Below are positions 11,727 to 24,769 of a DNA stretch of 64,000 nucleotides, one piece after another (the stretch's first letter is position 1; the number at the start of each line of letters is the position of its first letter). The stretch lies in NCBI GenBank assembly GCA_010909165.1, contig VJWM01000272.1:1-64000 (forward strand), given 5' to 3'. A program made the translations under genes and the position numbers. Source of the DNA: Anthoceros angustus (taxonomy: Eukaryota; Plantae; Anthocerotophyta). The notes below the pieces were generated by a model that ran no database searches, was not told the origin of the DNA, and saw only the letters and a program-made list of their open reading frames with translations.

Positions 11727-14700
11727 GGTAGGTGCCCAAGCCAGTAGCTAGGTAACCCTGTCCTGATTTGTATCTACAGTCAGAACCCACAAACTCAGAT
11801 GTATACTGACCCCTTCTCACTTGTGCAGGTTCGGAAGAAGTGCCACCGCCGGTCACGGCAACTGTGGCAACCTCTGATGCCGCAGCAGGTAATGAAACTA
11901 CATGAATCCATGATTTGATCCAACCACTTCCAAGCTGTTGTTGTTGTTGCAACTAGTTTGAATGCCTGTACCGAATGCACCACTTGATGCTGCTGCCGGC
12001 AGGCAGTCTGGTGATTGACTGATTGGGTGTTTTTGTTTTCACCACAATTTCCAGTTGCTGTTCCTGAGGAGCTCAGTGCCCTGCTTGCCGAGCTCGACTC
12101 ACCTTCGCCCACACTCAGTAGTCTTCCTCGTGTGAAAGCGTTTGGGCACCTGTTCAAGAGGGACGTGGAACATCCACAGGTGGAACTTGAACTGCGCCTG
12201 CGCCTTATGAAGGCTATCGGAAATGCCCCACACTCAGATTCATAGATCTCGACCCTCTTGGGCGTCGAAATTACAGGGTGACGGTGGCAGAGGCGACGGC
12301 GCTGCTGGAAGGCCTGAGCTCGAATGCAATAGTGGAAGAGCTGGACTTGAGTGGCTTCCTTGGTTTTGGAACAGGTGAAGTCTGCGCTGCAATCGCCGCT
12401 ATCTTGCAATCCAGCCGCACCTTGCAATTTCTGAATATGGGATACACTGGCATGACTGTCGAAGGACTGGCTTGCATTGCCCTGTACTGCGACATAATCG
12501 CAGCACTGTGCTTCGCACCTTGTATCTTTCTGGAAACACGACTGTGGGAGAAGGTGTTGGAGCTCAACACCTGGCTGATATCCTGACCAGCACTCCCGCT
12601 CTTCGCAACCTGGGGATGTGGGATACAGGGATGGATGAGGCGGGAGCATTGATGATAGGGGATGCTCTGGCTCAGAACACCACACTTGACTGGCTGACAT
12701 AGGATTCAATCAAGCGTGGAGGCCAAAGCAGGCAGGGATGTTGGCCACGCTGTTAGCTCGAGCATTCACCCTGGCATGCTGGACGCAGACCAGGAGGCTG
12801 AAGGTGTTGCTCCCAAGCTTCCTTCTGTTAACGAGTCTGTCACACATCTCCAGCTGGAAGTATGGGAGCAGGACAGCAGCCTGTCATCGCTGAGTTGGGA
12901 GAAGCTGTGGCCGCATGCTGCGGTCGAACATGACTTTAAGGCATCTCGATGTATGTAGCTGCTTTATAAGCCAGGATTGGATGACTACATGTTCCAGAAC
13001 TTGATGCGGTCTCTGGGACGCAACTGCAACAACGTCCTGGAGAACATTTCATCAAGAAAACAACCTGGGAAAGCGAAGGCAAAGGAATATACATCCAGAA
13101 TGCTCTCTCAAGGAACATGCGCAGAAGCGCTGCTCCGCAGGGTAGGTGCCCAAGCCAGTAGCTAGGTACCCTTGTCCTGATTTGTATCTACAGTCAGAAC
13201 CCACAAACTCAGATGTATACTGACCCCTTCTCACTTGTGCAGGTTCGGAAGAAGTGCCACCACCGGTCACGGCAACTGTGGCAACCTCTGATGCCGCAGC
13301 AGGTAATGAACTACATGAATCCATGATTTGATCCAACCACTTCCAAGCTGTTGTTGTTGTTGCAACTAGTTTGAATGCCTGTACCGAATGCACCACTTGA
13401 TGCTGCTGCCGGCAGGCAGTCTGATGATTGACTGATTGGCTGTTTTTGTTTTCACCACAATTTCCAGTTGCTGTTCCTGGGGAGCTCAGTGCCCTGCTTG
13501 CCGAGCTCGACTCACCTTCGCCCACACTCAGTAGTCTTCCTCGTGTGAAAGCGTTTGGGCACTTGTTCAAGAGGGACGTGGAACATCCACAGGTGGAACT
13601 TGAACTGCGCATGCGCCTTATGAAGGCTATCGGAAATGCCCCACACTCAGATTCATAGATCTCGACCCTCTTGGGCGTCGAAATTACAGGGTGACGGTGG
13701 CAGAGGCGACGGCGCTGCTGGAAGGCCTGAGCTCGAATGCAATAGTGGAAGAGCTGGACTTGAGTGGCTTCCTTGGTTTTGGAACAGGTGAAGTCTGCGC
13801 TGCAATCGCCGCTATCTTGCAATCCAGCCGCACCTTGCAATTTCTGAATATGGGATACACTGGCATGACTGTCGAAGGACTGGCTTGCATTGCATGCGAC
13901 ATAATCGCAGCACTGTGCTTCGCACCTTGTATCTTTCTGGAAACACGACTGTGGGAGAAGGTGTTGGAGCTCAACACCTGGCTGATATCCTGACCAGCAC
14001 TCCCGCTCTTCGCAACCTGGGGATGTGGGATACAGGGATGGATGAGGCGGGAGCATTGATGATAGGGGATGCTCTGGCTCAGAACACCACACTTGACTGG
14101 CTGACATAGGATTCAATCAAGCGTGGAGGCCAAAGCAGGCAGGGATGATGGCCACGCTGTTAGCTCGAGCATTCACCCTGGCATGCTGGACGCAGACCAG
14201 GAGGCTGAAGGTGTTGCTCCCAAGCTTCCTTCTGTTAACGAGTCTGTCACACATCTCCAGCTGGAAGTATGGGAGCAGGACAGCAGCCTGTCATCGCTGA
14301 GTTGGGAGAAGCTGTGGCCGCATGCTGCGGTCGAACATGACTTTAAGGCATCTCGATGTATGTAGCTGCTTTATAAGCCAGGGATTGGAGGGCTGTGTGA
14401 CAACAGCAGCGTTATCCGTGTGTGACAACAGCAGCGTTATCCGTGTGACAGTCCGACATGGTAGCTCTAGTGCTAAGGAGGACTACTGCAAGCTGATGCC
14501 AATCCTGCAGAGTGCCAGACAGTGGAAAAGTTTACAATTAGCTCAGAACAGTTTGGGACCTTTGGGATCATCCGACCTCCAAGACGTTTTCAAATCGTTG
14601 CAGGACAATCGTTACCTCAACAGGTTGGTGTTGGATGGCTGGAAAGGGTTGGACGACAATATGTTCCAAGACCTGTTGCGGGCTCTGCAAGTGAACACCA

Positions 14701-17700
14701 ATTTGAAGAGTATATCGTTCGAGAACACTGTGTGGAAAAGTCAGGAAAAGGAGCTGCAGTGGATGAACTACTACGCCAAAACAGGGAATACCGGAAAGCT
14801 CTGGCAGGGCTCCAACAATGCCAGTGAAATCATGTCGCCTCGTACTTTGTGGATTTCCATATGCAGGTGACCCATGCTGAACCCAAAGTTTGTACATCCT
14901 CAAATGGCTAGTTTGTGTCAGACTTCACTGCAGTTGTTTCGGTCTTTCACTACAGCTGTTTTCTTGTCTTTATTGCCGTTGTTTTCGTCTCCAGAGTGCA
15001 AACGGTGGTAAATGTTGCTGTTTCAGGAAAACCACGATACGGAATACGTTGATGAGTATGCAAACACACGAAAACGATGTTGAGATGGAGGGTGAAACGA
15101 TTTCAGCACATACCTCGAACCCTTGGGTTTGAGGTTGAGGTGATAAAAGATGGTCCAGCCTTGAGAATTACCGTTTGGGATCTTGCAGGGCACCGGGAGT
15201 TTCATGCTCTTCACGATTTCGTCTTTCCTGCTGTAAACAACTCTTCTCTCTTCTTGTGTGTCTATAACCCGTTCAAATTTGGTGGTAATTATTCAAGTGC
15301 GGAAATGAAGGATAGAAAGGATTTTCGAGATGAATTTATTTATTGGCTTAAATTTATTGCTTCCAACTCGCGGTTAGCTCAACAGGTGAAACCTTATGTT
15401 CATGTGGTGGTAACATTTGGTGACAAGCTTGAAGGTAGGATGTCTTCGTTGCACGGAGGAAGTGTTGGTGATGAAGAAAAGTTCATGGCTGTTGTGGAAA
15501 CATCCAATGAACCCACTTTCATCAATGGACAGAGTTGGAAAGATGTGTATGCACTACGCAGCCTTATAGAGGAAAAGCTACGCCAGCTTGTCAACATTGG
15601 CCCCAATTCCCAATATTTGTGAGCAGACCGTATACATGTACAAAGATGGGCTGAGGATCAACAAGGTATGCCAATCATTTCTGTTGAGAAGTTTAGTGAG
15701 TTGTTTCATAGCACATGTAAGGCGGCAATAGGGCATCCACTCATCTCAGAGGATTACACAAGTTATCTTAGAGACCTCATGGACAAAGAGGATAGTTGGA
15801 AAGTAGTAGCATCATATCTCAAGGATTCAGGGGAGATCATATATTTCCAGGCGTCGCGACTTATGGTCATCAACCTCCGATGGTTAGGAATGGGCGTTTT
15901 TGGTCAGCTGATTAGTATATTTGGTGAACCGGACAATAGGCGAGATTGGCTTCAAGTTCAAAATGGGTTTATCAGCAAATATGGGTTAAGTAGCCTTTTA
16001 AAAATGTCTTTGAACAAGGTAGGGCTTGATGAAACCATTGTGAGTGAGGAACAATTCATCCAATTGATGCTTGAGTTGCACCTTTGCCACGAAAGCAGAG
16101 ATGAGGAAGGAGAAGGGCGTTATTTTGTTCCAATATGTACGTGTAAAGCAGATGTGTCGGGAGTTGACCTTGAGGTATGGCCTTCGCACGGTGGTAATCT
16201 TCATGATTACATCTTTATGGGTTTGCGTCTACAATGTGATGATCAAGATTGTACATTCCTCACACCAGGATTTTTCCCTAGGTTACAGGTTCGTAACTTT
16301 TCTCAAGTTGGCTATCTTTTTCTTTATGTCCTTGGAAACTTCTTCTTTTGTGTATTATTTTTATTGATTGTTAACTAGTCTCATTGTTCCTATATATTGT
16401 AGGTACTTTTATACACATATTGTTTGTCAAAAGGCTGGGTTGATGAGGAAAGACCAATTGATTCAGGAATAAAATTGGAGTCTAATGTCCTTTTAATATC
16501 TGCAGAGGCACTAGATATCTTTGTGGAATTTAATGCTGAATTGGTTGCTACATAGATATATCTTGGCCCGATCTACTCAAGGCTATTTAGAGTCCATGTC
16601 ATTTTGAAGGAACATATTGTATCTGATTCGGGCATTTTGTGCTTCGTATGAGGGTTGTGCAGGTTACATTGGTTGAAGGTGTTCTTCGACATGAATGTGT
16701 GGCATCCCTCACTCTATGCAGACATAGGAGACACGAGTGTATCCTGACAGATAAGCTAGTCAAAGCGGTGGCTGCTGCAAAGGACCGATGCTATGCTCAC
16801 TACACGCAGTCTTGGAGAGCTGTCTTCGATGGCAGCACCGAGCTCGACACTCATTTTAAAGGCCAACATAGAGTATGCAACCGTGGTGGATGGTCATGTC
16901 ATTCTGGGACAAAAAGAGGACCTTGCTAGAGCCGAAGCAGAGTTCCAAGGTTCGAAGCTCTCAATCCTGTGAATAGTCTGTTTCTTGCTGGATGTCCTTG
17001 TTCCGCACATGTAGTTTTTCAGTAGCATTACAAGCTGTTTTCTTCTGGTACTTATTGCGGGATCAAAATCTAGCGGAGAAAAGATGTTGAAACTTCTACA
17101 CATATTGTTTGTCTATAACCCGTTCAAATTTGGTGGTAATCTTCATGAAAGAGCCTATTGTTGGGAGTACTTATCCTAACCATGGTGTAGAAGGAGGAAA
17201 ACGAAGAGGTTTGGCAATGATTGTGAGTATGGAAGAGGACGGACACAGAGGCTAGACGATGACTTAAGCTCTTTTGAGACTTTGGCATTTGATACTATAT
17301 ATTGGCCCGATCTACTCAAGGCTATTTAGAGTCCATGTCATTTTGAAGGAACATATTGTATCTCGATTCGGGCATTTTGTGCTTCGTATGAGGGTTGTGC
17401 AGGTTACATTGGTTGAAGGTGTTCTTCGACATGAATGTGTGGCATCCCTCACTCTATGCGAGACATAGGAGACACGAGTGTATCCTGAGATAAGCTAGTC
17501 AAAGCGGTGGCTGCAAAGGACCGATGCTATGCTCACTACACGCAGCCTTGGAGAGCATGATGGCACACCCAGCTCGACACTCATTTTAAAGGCCAACATA
17601 GAGTATGCAACGTGGTGGATGGTCATGTCATTTTGGGACAAAAAGAGGACCTTGCTAGAGCCAAGCGAGTTCCAAGGTTGAAGCTCTCAATCCTGTGAAT

Positions 17701-18617
17701 AGTCTTTCTTCTTGCTGGATGTCCTTGTTCCGCACATGTAGTTTTTGTAGCATTACACAAGGCTGTTTTCTTGTTAACTCGAGGTACTTATTGCGGGATC
17801 AAAATCTAGCGGAGAAAAGATGTTGAAACTTCTTCTTGTTTGTCTATAACCCGTTCAAATTTGGTGGTAATCTTCATGAAAGAGCCTATTGTTGGGAGTA
17901 CTTATCCTAACCATGGTGTAGAAGGAGGAAAACGAAGAGGTTTGGCAATGATTGTGAGTATGGAAGAGGACAGACTGGAGGAGCTATAGCAGGCGACTTG
18001 AAGCTCTTTTGAGACTTTGGCATTTGATACTATATTAGTGGGAGTTCCGAGAGTGTGAAAGCACGATTTAGGGCTGAAACTCTACCTAGCTAAGGACGAT
18101 TGCTTTCATGTTGCATCAATGCTCATGGGGGATTGAAGAAGATGGCGACATTATCATAAGTGGAGCACGGCGGAGAAGCTATATATTGATGATGACATCT
18201 TGAAGCCCATCTCGAATCCACGTGGTTGAGAGACAAGCCCAAGGTGTTTTGATCAATGCTTGTCGAGCCGTAGCCTTATCACAAGCGAGAAGGCTAAGGA
18301 CTCTAAAGTTGAGAGTAGCCAAATTATGAGCAAGAGAGCCGGAGAAGTCCGATTCCCGATTCGTGAAGGATTGTCTCATCTTCTTCTCGACAAGTCATGG
18401 ACAATCCTTAGAGATGTTGAGAAAGGCACATACTTTATCACGCTTTGATGAAAGCCATCATTGGTCTCAAGAAGGGATGATGTGTAGATTTTAACATCGA
18501 TTGCCGAGGTCACGGAGAGAGAAGTCAAGCTCCCAAGTGAAGTAGGAAGCCGCTAGAAGAGATCCCGTGTCAGTTGTACTCCACACTCACAAAAAGCTTT
18601 GCTGGTCTTTACCGTAA
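6376..18617 (+). CDS. TORNADO1-like LRR-Roc-COR gene copy A with downstream caspase-like domain (frameshifted as written, internal duplications)
   Basis: Starts MADPSLPAG (start tentative). Four LRR super-modules to 11726, divergent LRR module, KSCRLVLCGFPYAG|KTT, VWDLAGHREFHALHDFVFP, YWLKFIASNSR and LQCDDQDCTFLTPGFFPRLQV, which match TRN1 Roc-COR motifs as recalled. Confidence 0.88.
11557..14390 (+). repeat. ~1.42-kb tandem duplication (module end, intron, linker, divergent LRR module)
   Basis: 11557-12975 is repeated at 12976-14390. The junction runs through the shared ggattgga. Confidence 0.9.
14820..16975 (+). CDS. Roc GTPase + COR domains, copy A
   Basis: P-loop split by intron 14867-15026, PRTLG, WDLAG, TFGDK. 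COR with an intron after FPRLQ, then IDILARSTQGY and VTLVEGVLRHEC. Confidence 0.9.
16555..18020 (+). repeat. ~0.74-kb tandem duplication spanning COR end and caspase-like start
   Basis: tggcccgatctactcaaggc occurs at ~16565 and ~17303, and the downstream sequence is repeated through tttggcatttgatac. Confidence 0.85.
17930..18617 (+). CDS. Caspase-like (peptidase C14) domain, copy A
   Basis: KRRGLAMI, CINAHG (His codon 18124), DKPKVF-LINACR (Cys codon 18261), DCLIFFST and STLT-K-LCWSLP* (TAA 18615-18617). Several indels must be assumed. Confidence 0.8.
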
Positions 18618-20351
18618 GTTCACTCACGGAGTTCGGTGTGGCCATGTTCCTTCATCCGTAACAGTTGTAATAGAATCATCGTTCCCAACAAGACACTAAT
18701 GGTGTAAGAAATTGCTTCTAATGCGGCCTTCTCATTTGTCTTTTTGCTCATTTCTTGCTCTGGCTCGCACACAATTTGGAGAAACGACTCTCATCCGTGG
18801 ATGAACCTGTAGGTGAGAGCTCATGGACTTTAGGGAGGAAAGAACAAGGGAGTTATGGAGTCAGTGCACTTTGGTTTCAAGCAAATCCAGATGTAAGCGT
18901 TCCTCGATCGAATGACTTCTAATCCTTGCATACTAGATGTGTGTTCCATCTTGACCCAGGCGACGGGATGTCCCTCACTCAAATCGCGTCGAGGATTGCC
19001 TTTCTTTCACGATGAGAAAAGACAAAGCGCGGACGGTAGCTCACGAGTGGTGCCCAACCCTCGTCTCCGTGTTAGGGCTATGATATTGATGATGACATGC
19101 ATCACCGACAAGACAAACATGATGAGGACAACACAAACTAACATTGTTAGTTTGTGTTGTCCCTCACAATCTTGGTGACAACAGAAAGTCTGCCGTTCAA
19201 GACTTTGAATAGAGGTTCCGCTTAGAGTAAATGGCGAGGTCAGGAACTTGCTTTGTGCTGAAGTTTTAGTTTCTAGATGACACTTAAGTGTGCTTGGAAT
19301 CGTTTGTCTGGAATTTTACAACTGTTGTCGAGCTTGATCGAGGTTGAAGGTGAGATCAATCACCTCAAGGAGGAGCAAAACCGTGGTGGATGGTCATGTC
19401 TTGAAGAGCAAGAGAGCCGGAGAAGCTATATGTTGATGATGACATCTTGAAGCCCATCTCGAATCCACGTGGTTGAGAGACAAGCCCTTTGGTCCGTCCA
19501 GCTTCTTCGTCACACGCGGTGCTTCTACCTTCATGGGTAGCGATATGATCAGATAATCGCCATGTCTATTATGTACCTCTAGACATTCAACACCATGAAG
19601 ATCGGGTCTCCCTTTTCTCTCAAAGAAGAAAAAGGTTGCCAAGTTATTGAAAATAGATAACTCTATGATTTTTATGATGATACCGAAGTCGTTTTGAGAT
19701 ATGATTTCATCTTGTTTTATTTCATCTATTATATCCAATTTGCCTCGATCTAGATAAAGCCGCCGTAATCAATTAGCAAGGGTCAACGTTTACGTGAATT
19801 ACTTAAGCAATCTTAATCGCTCCTCTTGTGGAAGAACAAGTAGCCACTATTTATACCCGAGTAAATGGATATTCGGATGTATTGGAAGTAGAATAAATAA
19901 AGAAATTTCTTGTTCAATTATGTGAATATTTAATACCAAATAAACTTCAATTTGTTGAGTATTCCTAGATAAATTCCTTGAAGAGCAAGGCGACCACATT
20001 TTCCGGTATTCCTTATTGTTAAGCGCTTCATACAAAGGCTCTCCACACCAAGAGCATGTTAGAGGAGTCCTGTAAAGCACATCAAGCGGGGAGCTGCCCG
20101 TCCGTTTTATTTTCTCTGCCCCGCTAGTTAGTTCCTTCTTTTTCACCCTTCTTCTTGCTAGTCAAGCGCTTTATGGGACAATAACTTTCCATCGACCTTC
20201 CGATGTTTTGGCCGTGTTGTTGCAACACAATGGGCAAATGTATCCATCGTTGAAAATGTTCACAGTATGACTCGGCAGTATCCCTACCCTTGTTTAGTAG
20301 GTAGTATTTGAATAACTTATATTGTTATTTTACAACCATAGCTTTTATAAG

Positions 20352-20545
20352 GGTTTAAATTTTTTGGCGGGAAAAGGTTTACAATGGTTTGAATTTTTTG
20401 GCGGGAAAAGGTTTACAACTGTTTGAATTTATAGGGGGAAATATTTACAACTATGGAAACCATTATAATGGTTTGAAGTTTTTTGGGGGGAATATTTACA
20501 ACGATTTGAATTTTTTGTGGGGAAATATTTACAACGATACAAACC
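20352..20545. repeat. AT-rich ~34-bp minisatellite, about 5 degenerate copies
   Basis: Units resemble ggtttgaattttttggcgggaaaaggtttacaat. Confidence 0.8.
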
Positions 20546-20935
20546 ATTTATAACAGAATTTACACCGGTTCATAAGTCCTAAATACTTAACTAAAGTATT
20601 TAATTGTGGTTAATAGAACCCCAGATATAATACCAGAGTTAATATACTATGGTCACTTAACCTCAGTATAATGACTATGATTAGCCTATACAATATGATC
20701 GTATAAAATACTTATATACTATACGTAGGAATATATACATCTAAATATATACACTTTGAGACAATTACAATACAGATTATTAAGGGGTATTTACAATAGT
20801 CATTCTACCGTTGTAGATATTTTCATTCTACAGGTGTTTCATGGAAAAATGGAAACCATTGGAAACACATGGAATGGTGTTCCCCCAAAATGCAAATTAC
20901 ATTCATGGAAATGAATTCCATGTGTTTATGGAAAA

Positions 20936-23900
20936 ATGTGTCGTTTAAATGTGACATCTTGGAATGCCATGGTCTTGGGGTACCACCAGATGAGTTGTGG
21001 TGTGGAGGCTGCTGCTGTTGTGGTCAATGATGCAAGACAAGGGTCAAGGGTGCAAGACCTGGGTCAAGGATTCAAGAGAAGGGTCAAGTCCCGAATGGGA
21101 CAACATGTGCTGGTGAGAGCCACCGACGCCGGCCGATGTCAGTCACAACAAAACTTGGATGTGATTTGTAGGAAGGAAACACGCTTGTGGATGCGTATGC
21201 AAAATGTGGGGACCTCAGGAATGAGTCAAATGCTTGAAGACTTGCCTCTCAAAAGTAATGTGGTTCCGGGGCACACCATGATCTTGGGGTACACCTCCCA
21301 GATCCACAAGGCTGAACAGGAAGCTCTGCTCCTGTACTCACAGATGCAGCAGGAAGGTGTGGTCCCGAATTACCGCACATATGCTGTTGTCCTTAAAGCT
21401 TGCCGTAGCCTGGCAGCATGGGGTGGGCGAAATGGTGGGCATGCACTTGGATCAAGTGTGAGAGAGCAATGCCTGCGAACTGTGAAAGCTGTCCATTCCG
21501 ATGTTGTGAAGGGTAAGTGCAAGTCGGACGTGTTTGTGGCCAACATGCTTGTGGATGCATACTCAAAGTGTGGAAGTGTAGAAGATGCTAGACACGTGTT
21601 TGATAACATGCCTGTCCGTAGTGTGGTTTCTTGGACTGCCATGATTTTGGGGTACGCCCATATGCACAAGGGTGAGGAGGCTTTGAAGTTGTACATGGAG
21701 ATGCGACGAGCAGGTGTTGTTCCCAACGAGAGAACATATGTGGGTGCGCTTAAGGCCTGCAGTACCATGGCAGAGTTGGGAGCTGATGGCGTATCTCCCA
21801 AACGCCAGTTTCTGGAACCTCTTGTGAGAGCCATCCACCAAGATGTCAAGAAGGCGAGGTTGGAGCCAAATGTGTTTGTGGGGAACATGCTGGTGGATGC
21901 TTATGCAAAATGCAGGAGCCTGGAGACTGCCAGGCAGGTGTTTGAGGACATGTCTTACCGCAATGTAGTGGTATGGAATACGATGATCTTTGGTTACTCC
22001 CAGCAAGCGGGGAAGGGTGAAGAAGCTGCTGCTGTTGTGGTCAATGATGCAAGACAAGGGTCAAGGGTGCAAGACCTGGGTCAAGGATTCAAGAGAAGGG
22101 TCAAGTCCCGAATGGGACAACATGTGCTGGTGAGAGCCACCGACGCCGGCCGATGTCAGTCACAACAAAACTTGGATGTGATTTGTAGGAAGGAAACACG
22201 CTTGTGGATGCGTATGCAAAATGTGGGGACCTCCAGGAATGAGTCAAATGCTTGAAGACTTGCCTCTCAAAAGTAATGTGGTTCCGGGGCACACCATGAT
22301 CTTGGGGTACACCTCCCAGATCCACAAGGCTGAACAGGAAGCTCTGCTCCTGTACTCACAGATGCAGCAGGAAGGTGTGGTCCCGAATTACCGCACATAT
22401 GCTGTTGTCCTTAAAGCTTGCCGTAGCCTGGCAGCATGGGGTGGGCGAAATGGTGGGCATGCACTTGGATCAAGTGTGAGAGCAATGCCTGCGAACTGTG
22501 AAAGCTGTCCATTCCGATGTTGTGAAGGGTAAGTGCAAGTCGGACGTGTTTGTGGCCAACATGCTTGTGGATGCATACTCAAAGTGTGGAAGTGTAGAAG
22601 ATGCTAGACACGTGTTTGATAACATGCCTGTCCGTAGTGTGGTTTCTTGGACTGCCATGATTTTGGGGTACGCCCATATGCACAAGGGTGAGGAGGCTTT
22701 GAAGTTGTACATGGAGATGCGACGAGCAGGTGTTGTTCCCAACGAGAGAACATATGTGGGTGCGCTTAAGGCCTGCAGTACCATGGCAGAGTTGGGAGCT
22801 GATGGCGTATCTCCCAAACGCCAGTTTCTGGAACCTCTTGTGAGAGCCATCCACCAAGATGTCAAGAAGGCGAGGTTGGAGCCAAATGTGTTTGTGGGGA
22901 ACATGCTGGTGGATGCTTATGCAAAATGCAGGAGCCTGGAGACTGCCAGGCAGGTGTTTGAGGACATGTCTTACCGCAATGTAGTGGTATGGAATACGAT
23001 GATCTTTGGTTACTCCCAGCAAGCGGGGAAGGGTGAAGAAGCTCTGCTGCTCTACAAACAGATGCAACAAGGTGGTGTGGTAGCTGATTCCCGAACATAT
23101 GTCGGTGCGCTTCAGGCTTGCGGTGCCATTGCAGAACAGGAGAGAAACGAGGGTGACGGAGTTCGTGTCACAAAACAGTGCCTGGAAACCGTGACAACCA
23201 TCCACAGACATGTCTTGAAGAGGAAGTTGGAGTCCGATGTATTTGTAGCAACCATGCTGGTGGACGTGTATGCCAAATGTGGAAGCCTGGAGAAGGCCAG
23301 GAAGTTGTTCGAAAACATGCCTCACCGTGATGCGGTTTCATGGAATGCCATGATCTTGGGATATGCTCAGATGCAGGAGCCTCAAGAGGCCCTGAACCTG
23401 TACGAGTTGATGAGACAGGAATCCGTGGTTCCTGACGACCGCACTTATGTTGCTGTTCTGAAGGCTTGCTGCACCCTTGCCCAACAAGTAGGGGACAGAA
23501 AAATGCATTGCCTGCAGACAGTGGCACGCATCCATGGCGATGTGGGCAAAGGACGGTTTGATTCCAACGTGTTTGTCGCAAACATGCTCGTAAATGCGTA
23601 TGCAAAATGTGGGAACCTGGAGAAGGCCCGGCTGGTGTTTGACAAGATCCCTCATCGTGATGTGGTGGCTTGGACTGCCATGGTTTTAGGGTATGCCCAG
23701 ATGGACAAGGGTGAAGAAGCTTTGCACCTGTACTCGCAGATGCAACAGGAAGGTGTCCTGCCAAACGAGCGCACATTCGTGGCTGCCCTGACAGCCTGCA
23801 GCAGCGTGGCTGGACTGGAGAAGGGAAGCAAATCCACGCTCAGATCCGCGAAGCCGGTGTGGATCTCTGCGCCTCCTCCCATGTGGCCAACAGTCTGATC

Positions 23901-24640
23901 GACATGTATGGCAAGTGCTCCAGCATGGTGGATGCGCGGAAGGTGTTCGACGCCATTGCCACTAACGACATCGTCGCATGGAACGCGTTGCTGTTAGGGT
24001 ACGCGAAGCAAGGGCAGAGCGAGGCTGTGTTCCAATTGTTGGAGAGGATGAAGCAGGAGGAATCCATCCCAACGACATCACCTTCCTCGGCGTGCTCATG
24101 GTATGCAGTCATGTCGGCCTGATGGACACCGGCCAGAAGTTCTTGGATGCCATGAGCAGAGATTACGGCATAGATCCCTCGATCCAGCACCTCAACTGCA
24201 TGGTGGATCTCCTCGGCCGCGCAGGCCGCATCCACCAAGCCATGGCCATGGTCCGCAGCATGCCCTTCCCGGCTGACATGTCCGTGTGGCGGAGCATCCT
24301 CAGCGCCTGCCAGAAGTGGCGAGCCGTGGAGCTCGGAAGGCGGGCCTTCGAATGCGCTGTTCGGCTGGATGCACGAGACGCTGCGCCGTACGTCTTCATG
24401 GCCAACATCTATCTTGCTGCCGGCATGCCGGCCATGGCGGATAAGGTTCAGGCACGGCGTGCGATGGCGCAGGCGTGGAAGGAGCCGGGGCGCAGCTGGT
24501 GGATGGACGGGACCGGAAGGTGCATGTTTTCTGGTGGCGGATGCTGGACATCCCGAGAGCGAGGGCATCTACGCCAAATTAGACGACATTGTTGCCTCTC
24601 TTCGCCGAAACCTGATTTCGTGTAGAAACTTTTCCTTCAG
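20936..24640 (+). CDS. PPR2 copy 1, PLS-class E+ PPR protein (with internal duplication)
   Basis: ORFs 20936-22255, 22498-23898, 23859-24122 and 23978-24625 give P-L-S triplets. These are followed by HLNCMVDLLGRAG, VWRSILSAC, PYVFMANIY, EPGRSWW and E+ HPESEGIYAKL. No DYW domain is seen. Confidence 0.92.
21010..23041 (+). repeat. ~1016-bp tandem duplication inside PPR2 copy 1
   Basis: gctgctgctgttgtggtcaatgatgcaagac occurs at ~21008 and ~22025. The duplication is absent from copy 2 (46166-48885). Confidence 0.92.
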
Positions 24641-24769
24641 TGCTTCTCCGTTCGTGACGAAAGGAGGTCACGGAAGGAGAAGCATCAAACGGCATAGTTT
24701 CTTCCCGCCTCCTTCGAGTTCTTCTTTTCGTCCTCTTTGGCTGTCGGAGCTTTCGTCGAGGTGCTGGCT

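Noticed and set aside
6064-13977. Many minus-strand and alternate-frame ORFs over the LRR arrays (e.g. 6064-6792, 11795-12709, 13052-14116)
   Set aside because: They are shadow frames of GC-rich coding repeats, have no recognisable motifs, and recur only because the sense gene is repeated.
14395-14450. 25-bp duplication in the divergent LRR module of copy A
   Set aside because: It is frameshifting and absent from copies C and E, so it is likely slippage or a consensus error.
14820-16300. Calling the gene an NB-ARC NLR, or the TRN1 ortholog itself
   Set aside because: The motifs are Roc-type (WDLAG, COR), not NB-ARC (no GLPL or MHD). The multicopy state, module array and extra domain argue for a paralog, so no gene symbol is given.
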